From IMG/VR virus record IMGVR_UViG_3300027851_000034, positions 1 to 54,539 of that record: a stretch of 54,539 bases of DNA. One strand, given 5' to 3'. Numbering within the stretch: position 1 is the first letter of the stretch; each line of letters starts with the position of its first letter. Below the pieces are notes generated by a model. That model saw nothing but the letters and a program-made list of their open reading frames with translations, was not told the DNA's origin and ran no database searches. Both the position numbers and the translations under genes were made by a program. Source of the stretch: a virus (Duplodnaviria > Caudoviricetes). This document shows positions 1-7,883 of this stretch, in pieces.

Positions 1-268
1 TGCAACAACTGATACCCCAGGGCACAGGTGCGCCTGCTTGAGTCCCAGAGGGGGCGAGAACCCGCAAAAGGCGGGGAAAACGGGGCAGATCAGCCCTGAA
101 ACTGCTAAAAAACAAGGCAAATTGACTCGGAAAGCTGGAAATCGCCATCTTCGCACTCAGTTATGCAACGGCCTTAAGCCAGCGATAGCTTTCGCGATCT
201 GTTGCTTTTCAGTCAACACGTTACGACAGTCTTTCGATAAATCACGACCGTCTCCGAAGGAGCCAATT

Positions 269-280
269 TCATTCCCACTC
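269..280 (-). other. Putative att core duplicating the 3' end of guaA (GAGTGGGAATGA = E-W-E-stop)
   Basis: Lies about 100 bp past the last lysis gene. GMP synthase typically ends in IEWE*, and GAGTGGGA is the known core of guaA-integrating islands. The partner copy is not in the window. Confidence 0.65.
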
Positions 281-383
281 AAATATCAATTGCAGCAAAA
301 AGCATTTGATTTACATAGACTTTTTCACGGCACAAAAAGCCGATGCCATGCAAAATACCATTTGCAGAATCAGGTCAAAAATA

Positions 384-869
384 TCACCTCAAGGCTCGCT
401 CGGCTGAGTCGTAGCCGCTGGCGCATCGCCGGAACTCTGCAGCAAGCCGGGCGACATCGGCAGCATACCCCGTAAGAAAAGCTGCATCTCCCCTTGCCAA
501 TCCCGAGCCGGTGCATCCCACACCTGTTGAGGCGGGGTCGGCGGCTTCACCGGGTCTGTCGTGGGCCCGCAGTTCGGGGCGGTTGCGCAGGCCGTCAAGC
601 TCAGCAGAATGCACAGCAGCAATCCGTTTTTCTTCAGCATCTCGTTTCCTTCGCTCCCGGGCAGCATCCGCAGCCATGGCCCGCTCTTTCTCCCTGTACT
701 CCATCACCTTCTCTGCCGTCCGCAGGGCGCGAGATGCCGTTTCTCGCCCCCACTCCTGTCTGACGGCATCAGCCCCAGCCCTGCTCCCTGCGCTGTAAAT
801 GCCCCAGCATGCCGCAGCCATGGCGGCAAGCACGATCAGGGAAAGAATTGCGCGGGCGGGCAGGCTCAT
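384..869 (-). CDS. Rz-like inner-membrane spanin
   Basis: Start MSLPARAIL at 869 (ATGA overlap with the upstream gene). N-terminal TM helix, then coiled coil; last gene of the lysis cassette. Confidence 0.85.
   Translation of the reverse strand: MSLPARAILSLIVLAAMAAACWGIYSAGSRAGADAVRQEWGRETASRALRTAEKVMEYREKERAMAADAARERRKRDAEEKRIAAVHSAELDGLRNRPELRAHDRPGEAADPASTGVGCTGSGLARGDAAFLTGYAADVARLAAEFRRCASGYDSAERALR
389..640 (-). CDS. Rz1-like outer-membrane spanin lipoprotein, embedded in Rz
   Basis: MLKKNGLLLCILLSLTA-C lipobox, Pro-rich, in an alternative frame inside Rz. Confidence 0.8.
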   Translation of the reverse strand: MLKKNGLLLCILLSLTACATAPNCGPTTDPVKPPTPPQQVWDAPARDWQGEMQLFLRGMLPMSPGLLQSSGDAPAATTQPSEP

Positions 870-1237
870 TGGCTGGCCAGCTTGCTGCGCAGCTCGTAGC
901 CCATGAGGGGCCACACCTTGGCAATGGCGTTTTCGCGGGCAATGCGGCGGCCAATGTCTGCGTTGAAGTTCTCGGGGCTCGCGCAAGCGCTCTCACCTGT
1001 GACGGTGAAGCCGTTCCGCAGAACCAGTACGCAAAAGGTCAGAAGGTCAAGTTCTTTTGCATTGCGGCAAGCCTGCGCTTCTGGACCTCCGCGATACCTT
1101 CCGTCAACTCCGTCAAGTGCGGTGAAGTAGTGCTCACTGTTGATGTTTGCCTCGATGTTGGTAGGCGTGATGCGCGGTGCCACGTTGGCACCAGCGGCCA
1201 CGATTGCGGCTTCAATATGTTGGTCTTCGGTTTCCAT
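866..1237 (-). CDS. N4 Gp49/Sf6 Gp66-family protein; candidate cyclic-nucleotide sponge
   Basis: Motif LTFCVLVLRNGFTVTGESACASPENFNADIGRRIARENAIAKVWPLMGY. Start METEDQ at 1237. Confidence 0.85.
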   Translation of the reverse strand: METEDQHIEAAIVAAGANVAPRITPTNIEANINSEHYFTALDGVDGRYRGGPEAQACRNAKELDLLTFCVLVLRNGFTVTGESACASPENFNADIGRRIARENAIAKVWPLMGYELRSKLASQ

Positions 1238-1271
1238 GGGGTTCTTTCTCGGGGCTTTGGGGTTTTGGGGG

Positions 1272-1775
1272 TTATTCGACGATCTGCCAGTCGTCGGCCA
1301 GCATGTCGGTTTGGCTTGCCAGCCAGGGCACAAACTTGTTGTCGGCGGTTTTCATGCCGATCCAGGGGAGTGCAGTTGCACCCACACCATCGTCATCCAG
1401 CGTCAACCGGTAAACGGGCATTGACGTTCCTTGGCGCGGAATGTCGTGGATGCTCAGCGTCAAGCGCAGCCACATCCCCTTGCCATTCCACCCAGCACGC
1501 GCCACGCGCTTGCCCAGCTTCAGCGCCTCGATGGCAAGGCCGAATGACATGCCGGTGGTGGGCCGGTAGGCGGCATCAAACTGGGCTTTCGGGCTCCAAC
1601 TGATGTACCCGGCGTGCTTCGGGTGGTTCGGCTTCCCGCCGTCCAGGTACTCCACCAGATAGCCCTCATCCGCACCGTTTTCGTCGGCTGGCAGCGTCCA
1701 GCCACGGTATTCGTTGTAAGCCAGCCGGGTCATGGCAATGGCTGCGATCAGTTTGGTTCCGATGTGCAAAGACAT
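1272..1775 (-). CDS. DUF2829 (Tad2-like) domain fused to an uncharacterised N-terminal domain
   Basis: C-terminal MSFGLAIEALKLGKRVARAGWNGKGMW...WLASQTDMLADDWQIV; N-terminal GTK...GYLVEY...YISWSPKAQFDAAY. RBS GAAGGA before ATG 1775. Confidence 0.85.
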   Translation of the reverse strand: MSLHIGTKLIAAIAMTRLAYNEYRGWTLPADENGADEGYLVEYLDGGKPNHPKHAGYISWSPKAQFDAAYRPTTGMSFGLAIEALKLGKRVARAGWNGKGMWLRLTLSIHDIPRQGTSMPVYRLTLDDDGVGATALPWIGMKTADNKFVPWLASQTDMLADDWQIVE

Positions 1776-1789
1776 ATCAATCCTTCGTT

Positions 1790-2023
1790 TCACCGAGTCA
1801 TCCCGCTCGGCTTCGGGGTTTTCTTGCCCAACAGCTTCGAAGACCAGCTTCGAGGCCACAAATCCACCACCTTGCGTGCGGCGGCTGCCGAGAGCAATTC
1901 GCGCTCCATCAGCGTTGCCCCGCCCGGGGCGACATAGACATTCACCAGCGAGTGGTGGGGCAACCAAGGCAAGCCGCGATGCACAAACACCACGGCAGGC
2001 ACCCTGTGGATCGGCGTCGTCAT
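1790..2023 (-). CDS. Hypothetical protein (77 aa) in the lysis cassette
   Basis: RBS GAAGGA; packed in the operon. Confidence 0.6.
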   Translation of the reverse strand: MTTPIHRVPAVVFVHRGLPWLPHHSLVNVYVAPGGATLMERELLSAAAARKVVDLWPRSWSSKLLGKKTPKPSGMTR

Positions 2024-2127
2024 GAATTCATCCTTCCCGCACTGGCATCGTCCGCGTCTGGCAGGTCTTCATCTGGACCGCAGCACACCCAAACCCACAC
2101 CAGCGGCATCCATGTCCAATAAATCAT
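2020..2127 (-). CDS. Unannotated 35-aa Trp-rich peptide (MIYWTWMPLVWVWVCCGPDEDLPDADDASAGRMNS)
   Basis: ATGA overlaps at both ends (endolysin stop; start of the 2023 ORF) and fills the gap exactly. Confidence 0.5.
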   Translation of the reverse strand: MIYWTWMPLVWVWVCCGPDEDLPDADDASAGRMNS

Positions 2128-2630
2128 TGGGCCTCCAGGCAGCGGCGGTTTCGCTCTTGAGCGCGCAGCCAGACACCACGGCATCGGTTCGCAGGATCGG
2201 CACAGTCCTTGCCCGCTGCGCGGCGGGCATCCAGCCCCAGGTAAGCCGCACAGGCGTCCGCATACCGGCCAGCGTTGATGTGCAGCACAACATCAGACCG
2301 GCACGCCCCGCCAGCGCCACGCCAGTAGGCGAAATCCACCAGCACGTCGTACTCCGCTTGGCTCAGCGGCCCGGTGACGCACTGCCGCAGCCGCGTTTCA
2401 TCCTTCTGGATGTGGTGCAGCGACCGGGCCAAGGCCTTGTGCGGCGTGATGGTCTCGCCCAGCTTGACCGGCGACCCATCCTCCTTGAAGGTGCTGCCAA
2501 ATCCGTTTGTGGGCCGGTCTCCGGGGATGGGTATCACCGCCGTGCTGGTAAAGCCCTCAAGTCCGACGATGCCGACCAGACCGAAAGCAGACAGGGCCAG
2601 GGCCCCAATTGCGACGCGAAGTCGGCTCAT
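2124..2630 (-). CDS. Endolysin, GH24 lysozyme with probable SAR domain
   Basis: Gly/Ala-rich N-terminal helix followed by EG...D..T.GFGST; downstream of the holin. Confidence 0.92.
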   Translation of the reverse strand: MSRLRVAIGALALSAFGLVGIVGLEGFTSTAVIPIPGDRPTNGFGSTFKEDGSPVKLGETITPHKALARSLHHIQKDETRLRQCVTGPLSQAEYDVLVDFAYWRGAGGACRSDVVLHINAGRYADACAAYLGLDARRAAGKDCADPANRCRGVWLRAQERNRRCLEAQ

Positions 2631-2950
2631 CGCCAGTCCCCACGCCGCTCCACCGGGTCAGTGCGCCCATCCGGCATGCCGACGCGCCGGTCAGACGCAA
2701 AGCGCCTCTCCCTCGCGGCAAACTCGCGCTCCGCACGCTTGTGCTCCTGGTGTCGGTAGTACCACTCAATGCCCCGCCCGGTCACCACACCGACCACGGC
2801 CACGATCAGGCCACCGATGGCCGCCACATCATTTGCAGCCAGCCCACCAATGATCGCCACTGGCGCAGCCGCATACCCGGTCTTGCTCAATCCGCCACCC
2901 AATGTGGCAAGCACAGTCAAATCCCTGGTCGTGTGTTGTTCACCCATCAT
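2627..2950 (-). CDS. Holin
   Basis: Small TM protein with basic C-terminus (WYYRHQEHKR); ATG ATG at 2950/2947; overlaps the endolysin start. Confidence 0.8.
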   Translation of the reverse strand: MMGEQHTTRDLTVLATLGGGLSKTGYAAAPVAIIGGLAANDVAAIGGLIVAVVGVVTGRGIEWYYRHQEHKRAEREFAARERRFASDRRVGMPDGRTDPVERRGDWR

Positions 2951-2980
2951 CAGCCCCGGCCATCCAAAAAAAGAATGACG

Positions 2981-3024
2981 GCACTTTGCCGGTGGGCGCA
3001 ACCAAACTCAAACCCCACAGGGGG
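2981..3024 (-). promoter_or_regulatory. Late-promoter motif copy 1 (lysis)
   Basis: CCCCCTGTGGGGTTT-N19-GGCAAAGTGC. Confidence 0.7.
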
Positions 3025-3027
3025 TAA

Positions 3028-3564
3028 TCAAATTTGATCGTCCTGGATTGTGTAAACGCCTACCCAAATGGCGGCCATCTCAGCCCCCGCAAGCCGAAGC
3101 GCTTCGCGCAGCTCAGACCGACCCACAACCGCAACGCTGTTGTCGGCCAGCACCCAAGGCAACGTGTCGGCGTCATCCATCGCGGCAAGCGCACGCGACA
3201 TCCGGTCCTGGCTGCGCTCATCGCCGTCGAACACGTTGCCCCCCGACGTTGTGACTGTGATCGCGGCGATCTGGTCGGCACGGGCTGCCTTGGCCGCCGC
3301 CAGCAGTTCGTCGATGTGGTTTGACAAGTCAGCACTGGCCAGCGCTGCATCAAAGCTGGCTTTGTCGGGAAATGCGTAGAACACCGTTGGGATGCCGCCA
3401 AACACCCGCCTGGGCGTTTTCGGTGCTACACGGTATTCGTCCCAACCTGCCACACGGTGCGTCGTGTTGACATGCCAACCCGGCAACGCGGCAGGCTGGG
3501 TGCCCTCGGGGGCGTCGGGCGGCAGCGCGGCGTACAGCGTGCCGATTGGGTCGATTTGGATCAT
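3028..3564 (-). CDS. Tail fibre assembly-associated protein (DUF4376-like)
   Basis: FDGDERSQDRM...WVLADN motif; RBS GAGGGAG before ATG 3564; follows the fibre gene. Confidence 0.75.
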   Translation of the reverse strand: MIQIDPIGTLYAALPPDAPEGTQPAALPGWHVNTTHRVAGWDEYRVAPKTPRRVFGGIPTVFYAFPDKASFDAALASADLSNHIDELLAAAKAARADQIAAITVTTSGGNVFDGDERSQDRMSRALAAMDDADTLPWVLADNSVAVVGRSELREALRLAGAEMAAIWVGVYTIQDDQI

Positions 3565-3575
3565 GTTCGGCTCCC

Positions 3576-5291
3576 TCAAGCGCTCAGCGCTTGCAAGTGG
3601 TTGGGCAGGGCGCGCGGGAAGTACAGCACCCGCGAAACAGTGCCTCCAAACATCCCCGTGTTGTACGCCCCCCCAATGTTCAGACGGTCAACCGTTGGCA
3701 CCGAGCCTGACAAATCCGACTGCACCACAGCCCCTCCAGACGAAGCTGCAAAATTGTCGGTACCGTAACTGCCAGCCGCTTTTTCAAGCACCCCACCGTT
3801 TGACGGCGACAGGACAAACTGAGCTTGGTTCACCCCCGCCAGCACCACATCAAACCGGCGTTGTGTTTGAGTGGCGTTGCCGCAAGGGAACGAAATCAAG
3901 TTGTTGTTTGAGGCATCGGTTGCCGACAGCAAGAAACGGCTCCCCGATCCAGACGCTGGGTTTGGGCTGCTGGTGGCCCACACCACAAAAGTGCCTTCTG
4001 ATGGGTTGAACCACTTGCCAAAATTACTGCCCGTGATCTGCGCCAAATCAGCCGTGGCCGTGACGGCCGTGCCAGCGGTCGGCACAAAAGGACTGTCAAC
4101 CGACCCCGTGGTCAGCATCGCAAACTGCACCGTGCCCGACACCGTGAAAGTCACACTCCCGGCGGATGGCGTGAATGTCAGACCCGAGCGAGACGGGTAA
4201 GAACCACTGCCAACCACCACGCCCTCAGCCGCACCCGACAGCGTGACAGTGCCCGTGCCGTAAAAACTGAGGCGATGCGCGACGGCGGTCAGCGTGACGG
4301 ACTGCGTGGCCAGCGGGGTGCCGTTGAGCAGCGAATTCAACAGCAGGTTGGTTCGTGCACCCCACACACTCAGGCCAAGCCCTGCCCCGGTCACGGGGTC
4401 GAACTCCAGGCGGGGCACGTTGCTGCTTTGAGCCTTGAGCGCGCCAAGCGCATCGGTGTACGCCCTGCCACTGCCCGTGTAAGTCAAGATGTCGGCCAGC
4501 GCAATCTCTTTCAAGCCCACCGCACCGTCAAACACGCGGTAGCGTTGCCGCGCAAAGTCCAGGTCAAGCGTGGGAGCGATTGGGGCGCGGTCTGCGATGT
4601 CCAGCAACGGGAGCTGAGATGCGGGCACCCTGGCGTCCGCCCCCAAGCCTGCGTAGCCGTTGGCGGCACCTTTGCTTCCGGCGTTTTCTGGCGTGAAGCC
4701 AAGTGCGGCCTGCTTTGCGCTCCAGGCGGCCTTTTCCGCATCCGTGACAAAGCGGTTATTCGCGTCTTGGGAGATGATGTCTGGTGAGTGAGTGCTCGGG
4801 TGGGTGTAGTTGGTGGCCCCAACAGCCACCCCGTCGAGCTTGGCTTTGTCGGTGGCCGACATGAAGCCAGAAGCGCTTGTCGTCGCTGCGCCGTGCGTGT
4901 GGCCGGAATCGGCTTTTGAAGACACTTGGGCCTGCAACTTCCCGATAGCCGATAGCACAGAATCGGCTGCCGAGACAGCAGTGGCGGTGGCTGTGCTCAG
5001 TCCTGTGAGTGTGGCGGCGCGAACCTGGGCAAACAAGTCTTGCCACGTTTTGTCCCCCCTGAAATACTGTGCAGTGGTCCCCGAAGCGATGGCACCCTCT
5101 TTTGCCCCCCAAGCCGTGCGCTCGGTATCCGTCACTCCACGGTATCCAAGCCCGCTCCAGGTCGAGACACCGTCGCCGATCTTGAAGCGCCCGGTGTCCT
5201 TCTCGTAGCCCCACTCCCCCTCGGCCAGCAAAGGGTTTACCGCCGCCCATTCCGCAGCCGTGCCCCGTCGCACCTGAATCTGCTCGCTCAC
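3576..5291 (-). CDS. Tail fibre / receptor-binding protein with Mtd-N-like N-terminus and lectin-like C-terminus
   Basis: IQVRRGTAAEW...NPLLAEGEWGYEKDTGRFKIGDG; fibre repeats; beta-rich C-terminal domain. Confidence 0.85.
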   Translation of the reverse strand: MSEQIQVRRGTAAEWAAVNPLLAEGEWGYEKDTGRFKIGDGVSTWSGLGYRGVTDTERTAWGAKEGAIASGTTAQYFRGDKTWQDLFAQVRAATLTGLSTATATAVSAADSVLSAIGKLQAQVSSKADSGHTHGAATTSASGFMSATDKAKLDGVAVGATNYTHPSTHSPDIISQDANNRFVTDAEKAAWSAKQAALGFTPENAGSKGAANGYAGLGADARVPASQLPLLDIADRAPIAPTLDLDFARQRYRVFDGAVGLKEIALADILTYTGSGRAYTDALGALKAQSSNVPRLEFDPVTGAGLGLSVWGARTNLLLNSLLNGTPLATQSVTLTAVAHRLSFYGTGTVTLSGAAEGVVVGSGSYPSRSGLTFTPSAGSVTFTVSGTVQFAMLTTGSVDSPFVPTAGTAVTATADLAQITGSNFGKWFNPSEGTFVVWATSSPNPASGSGSRFLLSATDASNNNLISFPCGNATQTQRRFDVVLAGVNQAQFVLSPSNGGVLEKAAGSYGTDNFAASSGGAVVQSDLSGSVPTVDRLNIGGAYNTGMFGGTVSRVLYFPRALPNHLQALSA

Positions 5292-5521
5292 GGCGTGCCC
5301 CCGTCAATCCCGGTGGTGCCGCCGAAGACGGCGCCGGGCGCCCCACCGTCGATGTTGCGAAAAACCGAAACCTCAAGGTCTCCGGCCCCCAGGACACTGC
5401 TGCCGTTGATCGTCTTGATGTTGGACCCCGACACCAGCGCGGCCTGCTTCCCAGCCATCAGCGACTTGATGTCGGCCGCAATGGCCTGGGCCAGCGCAGT
5501 GATGCGAGACTCCAGGCTCAT
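5288..5521 (-). CDS. Small tail-fibre-associated protein
   Basis: MSLESRITALAQAIAADIK; LVSGSNIKTINGSSVLGAGD fibre motif; ATGA coupling. Confidence 0.75.
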   Translation of the reverse strand: MSLESRITALAQAIAADIKSLMAGKQAALVSGSNIKTINGSSVLGAGDLEVSVFRNIDGGAPGAVFGGTTGIDGGTP

Positions 5522-6123
5522 GCTTTCGCCGCCGTGTAGTCGGCCACAAAGTTGTGGTCCGGGTCGCCGACGCCTATGTTCGCGCACGCCTGCTGCTGCT
5601 GTGACAGGCTCAGGGTCTGTGCTGCGTCAAACCGGACGCGAGCCGCCAAACTGTTGGCCACCGTCGTGGCGTAATTGGCATCGTTCCCAAGCGCGGTGGC
5701 AAGCTCCGCCAGCGTATCGAGGGCAGACGCAGCGCCATTCGTCACCTGATTGACCGCCAGGGCAACAGCAGCGCTCTGCGCCGCAGCCACGACGGCCAGA
5801 ATCTTGTCAACGCTGAAGGTCTTGTTCGTGACCCCAGCCACCGCCGTGTCGTTGATCACAGCTGAAAGGTCGCTGAACGACGCCGTCGCCCAGTTGGCAT
5901 TCAGCGTGCCACCCATCAGCTGGTAGAACGTGCCGTCCCCTTTGCAGAAAACCAGCATGCCCTCCAGCCTGCGGTCAGCCGTGATCGCATCCCTGGCCGT
6001 GGTGTCGGCCACAGACCGAAATCCGCCACGGTTGTACGCCTCGTCCGTCACCGCATAGGTGTCAGAGCTGTCGGTGGGGGCCATAAACCCCGCAACGCGA
6101 ACAGAACCCGGAATTGATGCCAT
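5518..6123 (-). CDS. Tail-fibre-associated protein
   Basis: ASALDTLAELATALGNDANYA fibre motif. Confidence 0.75.
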   Translation of the reverse strand: MASIPGSVRVAGFMAPTDSSDTYAVTDEAYNRGGFRSVADTTARDAITADRRLEGMLVFCKGDGTFYQLMGGTLNANWATASFSDLSAVINDTAVAGVTNKTFSVDKILAVVAAAQSAAVALAVNQVTNGAASALDTLAELATALGNDANYATTVANSLAARVRFDAAQTLSLSQQQQACANIGVGDPDHNFVADYTAAKA

Positions 6124-6132
6124 GCCTGCCCC

Positions 6133-7038
6133 TTACGCAATCACGATGTTGATGGCCGACCCCAACACGTTCGTGCTGCGGTAAACGTAGTAATTTGTCG
6201 TGACCCCATTCGCGTTGGTGACAGAAACCGTCTGCGGGGGCTGAAACGGCACATCAAGGTTGGTGCTCGAATCCTTGAAAGAGGTGGCCACCCCCATGGC
6301 GGTTGGATAGGCGAAATACTTGTACCCACCGGCACTGAACGACTTCGTGCCCGAGTAGCCAGACGCCAGAGAGCCCACGCGCAGCGCCTCAACACCGGCC
6401 TCATCCAGCGAGGCACTGGCTGACTCCCCGTAGAACACCCGCCACTGCCACGTCACCGTGTAGTCCCGCGTAAACGTCCCGCCCAGGCTGTTCGTGGCCT
6501 GAATCCGAAGCGTGTGGGAAGACGCCGTCGTCTTCGTGATGGGTGCCAGCGTCACCGCCTGGGTGCCATCGTTTGCACTGCCGCTCAGCAGCACCACATT
6601 GCCGCCCGTCACGTTCGTGATCTGGATCGTGTTGGCCGAAATGTTCCCACTGTTCGCGGTGGACCACGTCAGCGTCGGGTTCGCCGGCGTGGTGGCCCCC
6701 ACCTCAACCGTGGTGGACTGCCCGGACATGCTGAACGCATTGAAAGACGGCGATTGGTAGGGGTACAGCAGCGCGTCGAACATCTGCTGCCACGTCCGCG
6801 CCGCGAATGTCGAGCCAGCCGAAATGCCGCCTATCGCGCTGGGTGTCGCGCTCGCGTTCGTGTACACCCCAGCACCAGCCCCAGCCAAGTCACTTTTGAT
6901 CTCGTTGATGGCCTCGACGAGGGAGGCTTTCTGGGTGGTGGTCAGGTTCTCAAGCACGCCCTGATTCGTCAGCAACGTCTTGACGTCCGTACCAATGGCC
7001 TGCGCCAATGCAATGAGCCTGCTCTCTAAAGTGGCCAT
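6133..7038 (-). CDS. Tail-fibre-associated protein with Ig-like region
   Basis: Start MATLESRLIALAQAIG at 7038; LTTTQKASLVEAINE motif; Thr/Ser-rich beta region. Confidence 0.75.
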   Translation of the reverse strand: MATLESRLIALAQAIGTDVKTLLTNQGVLENLTTTQKASLVEAINEIKSDLAGAGAGVYTNASATPSAIGGISAGSTFAARTWQQMFDALLYPYQSPSFNAFSMSGQSTTVEVGATTPANPTLTWSTANSGNISANTIQITNVTGGNVVLLSGSANDGTQAVTLAPITKTTASSHTLRIQATNSLGGTFTRDYTVTWQWRVFYGESASASLDEAGVEALRVGSLASGYSGTKSFSAGGYKYFAYPTAMGVATSFKDSSTNLDVPFQPPQTVSVTNANGVTTNYYVYRSTNVLGSAINIVIA

Positions 7039-7039
7039 G

Positions 7040-7309
7040 TCACGCCTTCGCCAAAACGTAGTAAGCCAACGGGTCTGACACCAATTCGCTGGCATCTCCC
7101 GGCGGGCCAGGAGGCCCCTGGGTGGCCACGTCCAGAACCACCAGCACCTCTGTGGCGTCGATCAACTCAGTGGTCAGCGCTGTTTCGACCATGGTCTCCG
7201 GCGTCGCCACCTCAATGACCTCCAGCCGCTCGACCTCATCAACCGCGGTCTCCACGACCACCGCCTCCAGGACTTCCGTTGCCGCGCTGTCGTCAACCAC
7301 AACACTCAT
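7040..7309 (-). CDS. Acidic virion protein with short collagen-like GPPGPPG
   Basis: Val/Glu-rich; coupled to the upstream gene. Confidence 0.7.
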   Translation of the reverse strand: MSVVVDDSAATEVLEAVVVETAVDEVERLEVIEVATPETMVETALTTELIDATEVLVVLDVATQGPPGPPGDASELVSDPLAYYVLAKA

Positions 7310-7665
7310 CGCGTCACCCCCGGCGACACGGAAACGGTGCCCTGCAGCAACCGGCGAACCGTGCCATTGGCAAACGTGATCTCCAGGTCGTAAACAGCGC
7401 TGGCCCAGTCAATCGCCGACGTCTGCTCATCGGTCAGAACCATCTCAACCGTGCCCAGCGCACCGCCGAGCACAACCCCGCCGTTCTCGGTGGTCAGTTC
7501 CAGCAGCGGAGCGCCGGGAGAGTTGACCTTCAGGCGGACATGCATCCGCGCCGTGCACCCCGTCAGATCGACGGGCGTTCCTGGCGCAGGGCCAAGCTTC
7601 CACGTCACCGGCTTTCGGAACGTGGCTCCCTGGTCTATCTTGAGATTGAGCTTGAAGGCGGCCAT
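7306..7665 (-). CDS. Tail-fibre adaptor (BppU/LtfC-like Ig fold)
   Basis: IDQGATF...VDLTGCTARMHVR...AVYDLEI...LLQGTVSVSPGVTR pattern. Confidence 0.75.
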   Translation of the reverse strand: MAAFKLNLKIDQGATFRKPVTWKLGPAPGTPVDLTGCTARMHVRLKVNSPGAPLLELTTENGGVVLGGALGTVEMVLTDEQTSAIDWASAVYDLEITFANGTVRRLLQGTVSVSPGVTR

Positions 7666-7671
7666 GACTGG

Positions 7672-7715
7672 GCACTTTGCCCACCATCACCGTTTACATC
7701 AAACCCCACAGGGGG
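7672..7715 (-). promoter_or_regulatory. Late-promoter motif copy 2 (tail fibre operon)
   Basis: CCCCCTGTGGGGTTT-N19-GGCAAAGTGC, just upstream of ATG 7665. Confidence 0.7.
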
Positions 7716-7723
7716 TAACCGCC

Positions 7724-7769
7724 TCCCCCATTTGGTGGATGGCGCAGCCAGACGCTTTGTGGCCGAATC
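7724..7769 (+). repeat. 46-bp element, copy A, upstream of the membrane-protein moron
   Basis: TCCCCCATTTGGTGGATGGC-N12-TTTGTGGCCGAATC; the same two blocks and spacing recur at 21742-21787. Confidence 0.8.
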
Positions 7770-7883
7770 TTGAGAGCCATAATCCGTGACTGGGGTGGAA
7801 TGCAATTTCCAGATGGCCACCAGTCGCCGACTTTTGCAAATGGATTAAAAATCCGAATAAATAATTTCCAAGAGGGATATTTG

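Noticed and set aside
38-475. 145-aa plus-strand ORF
   Set aside because: Crosses the putative att site and overlaps Rz; no recognisable motif.
3576-5291. Diversity-generating retroelement suggested by the Mtd-like N-terminus
   Set aside because: No reverse transcriptase, Avd or TR/VR pair seen in the window, and the C-terminus is not recognisably C-type lectin.
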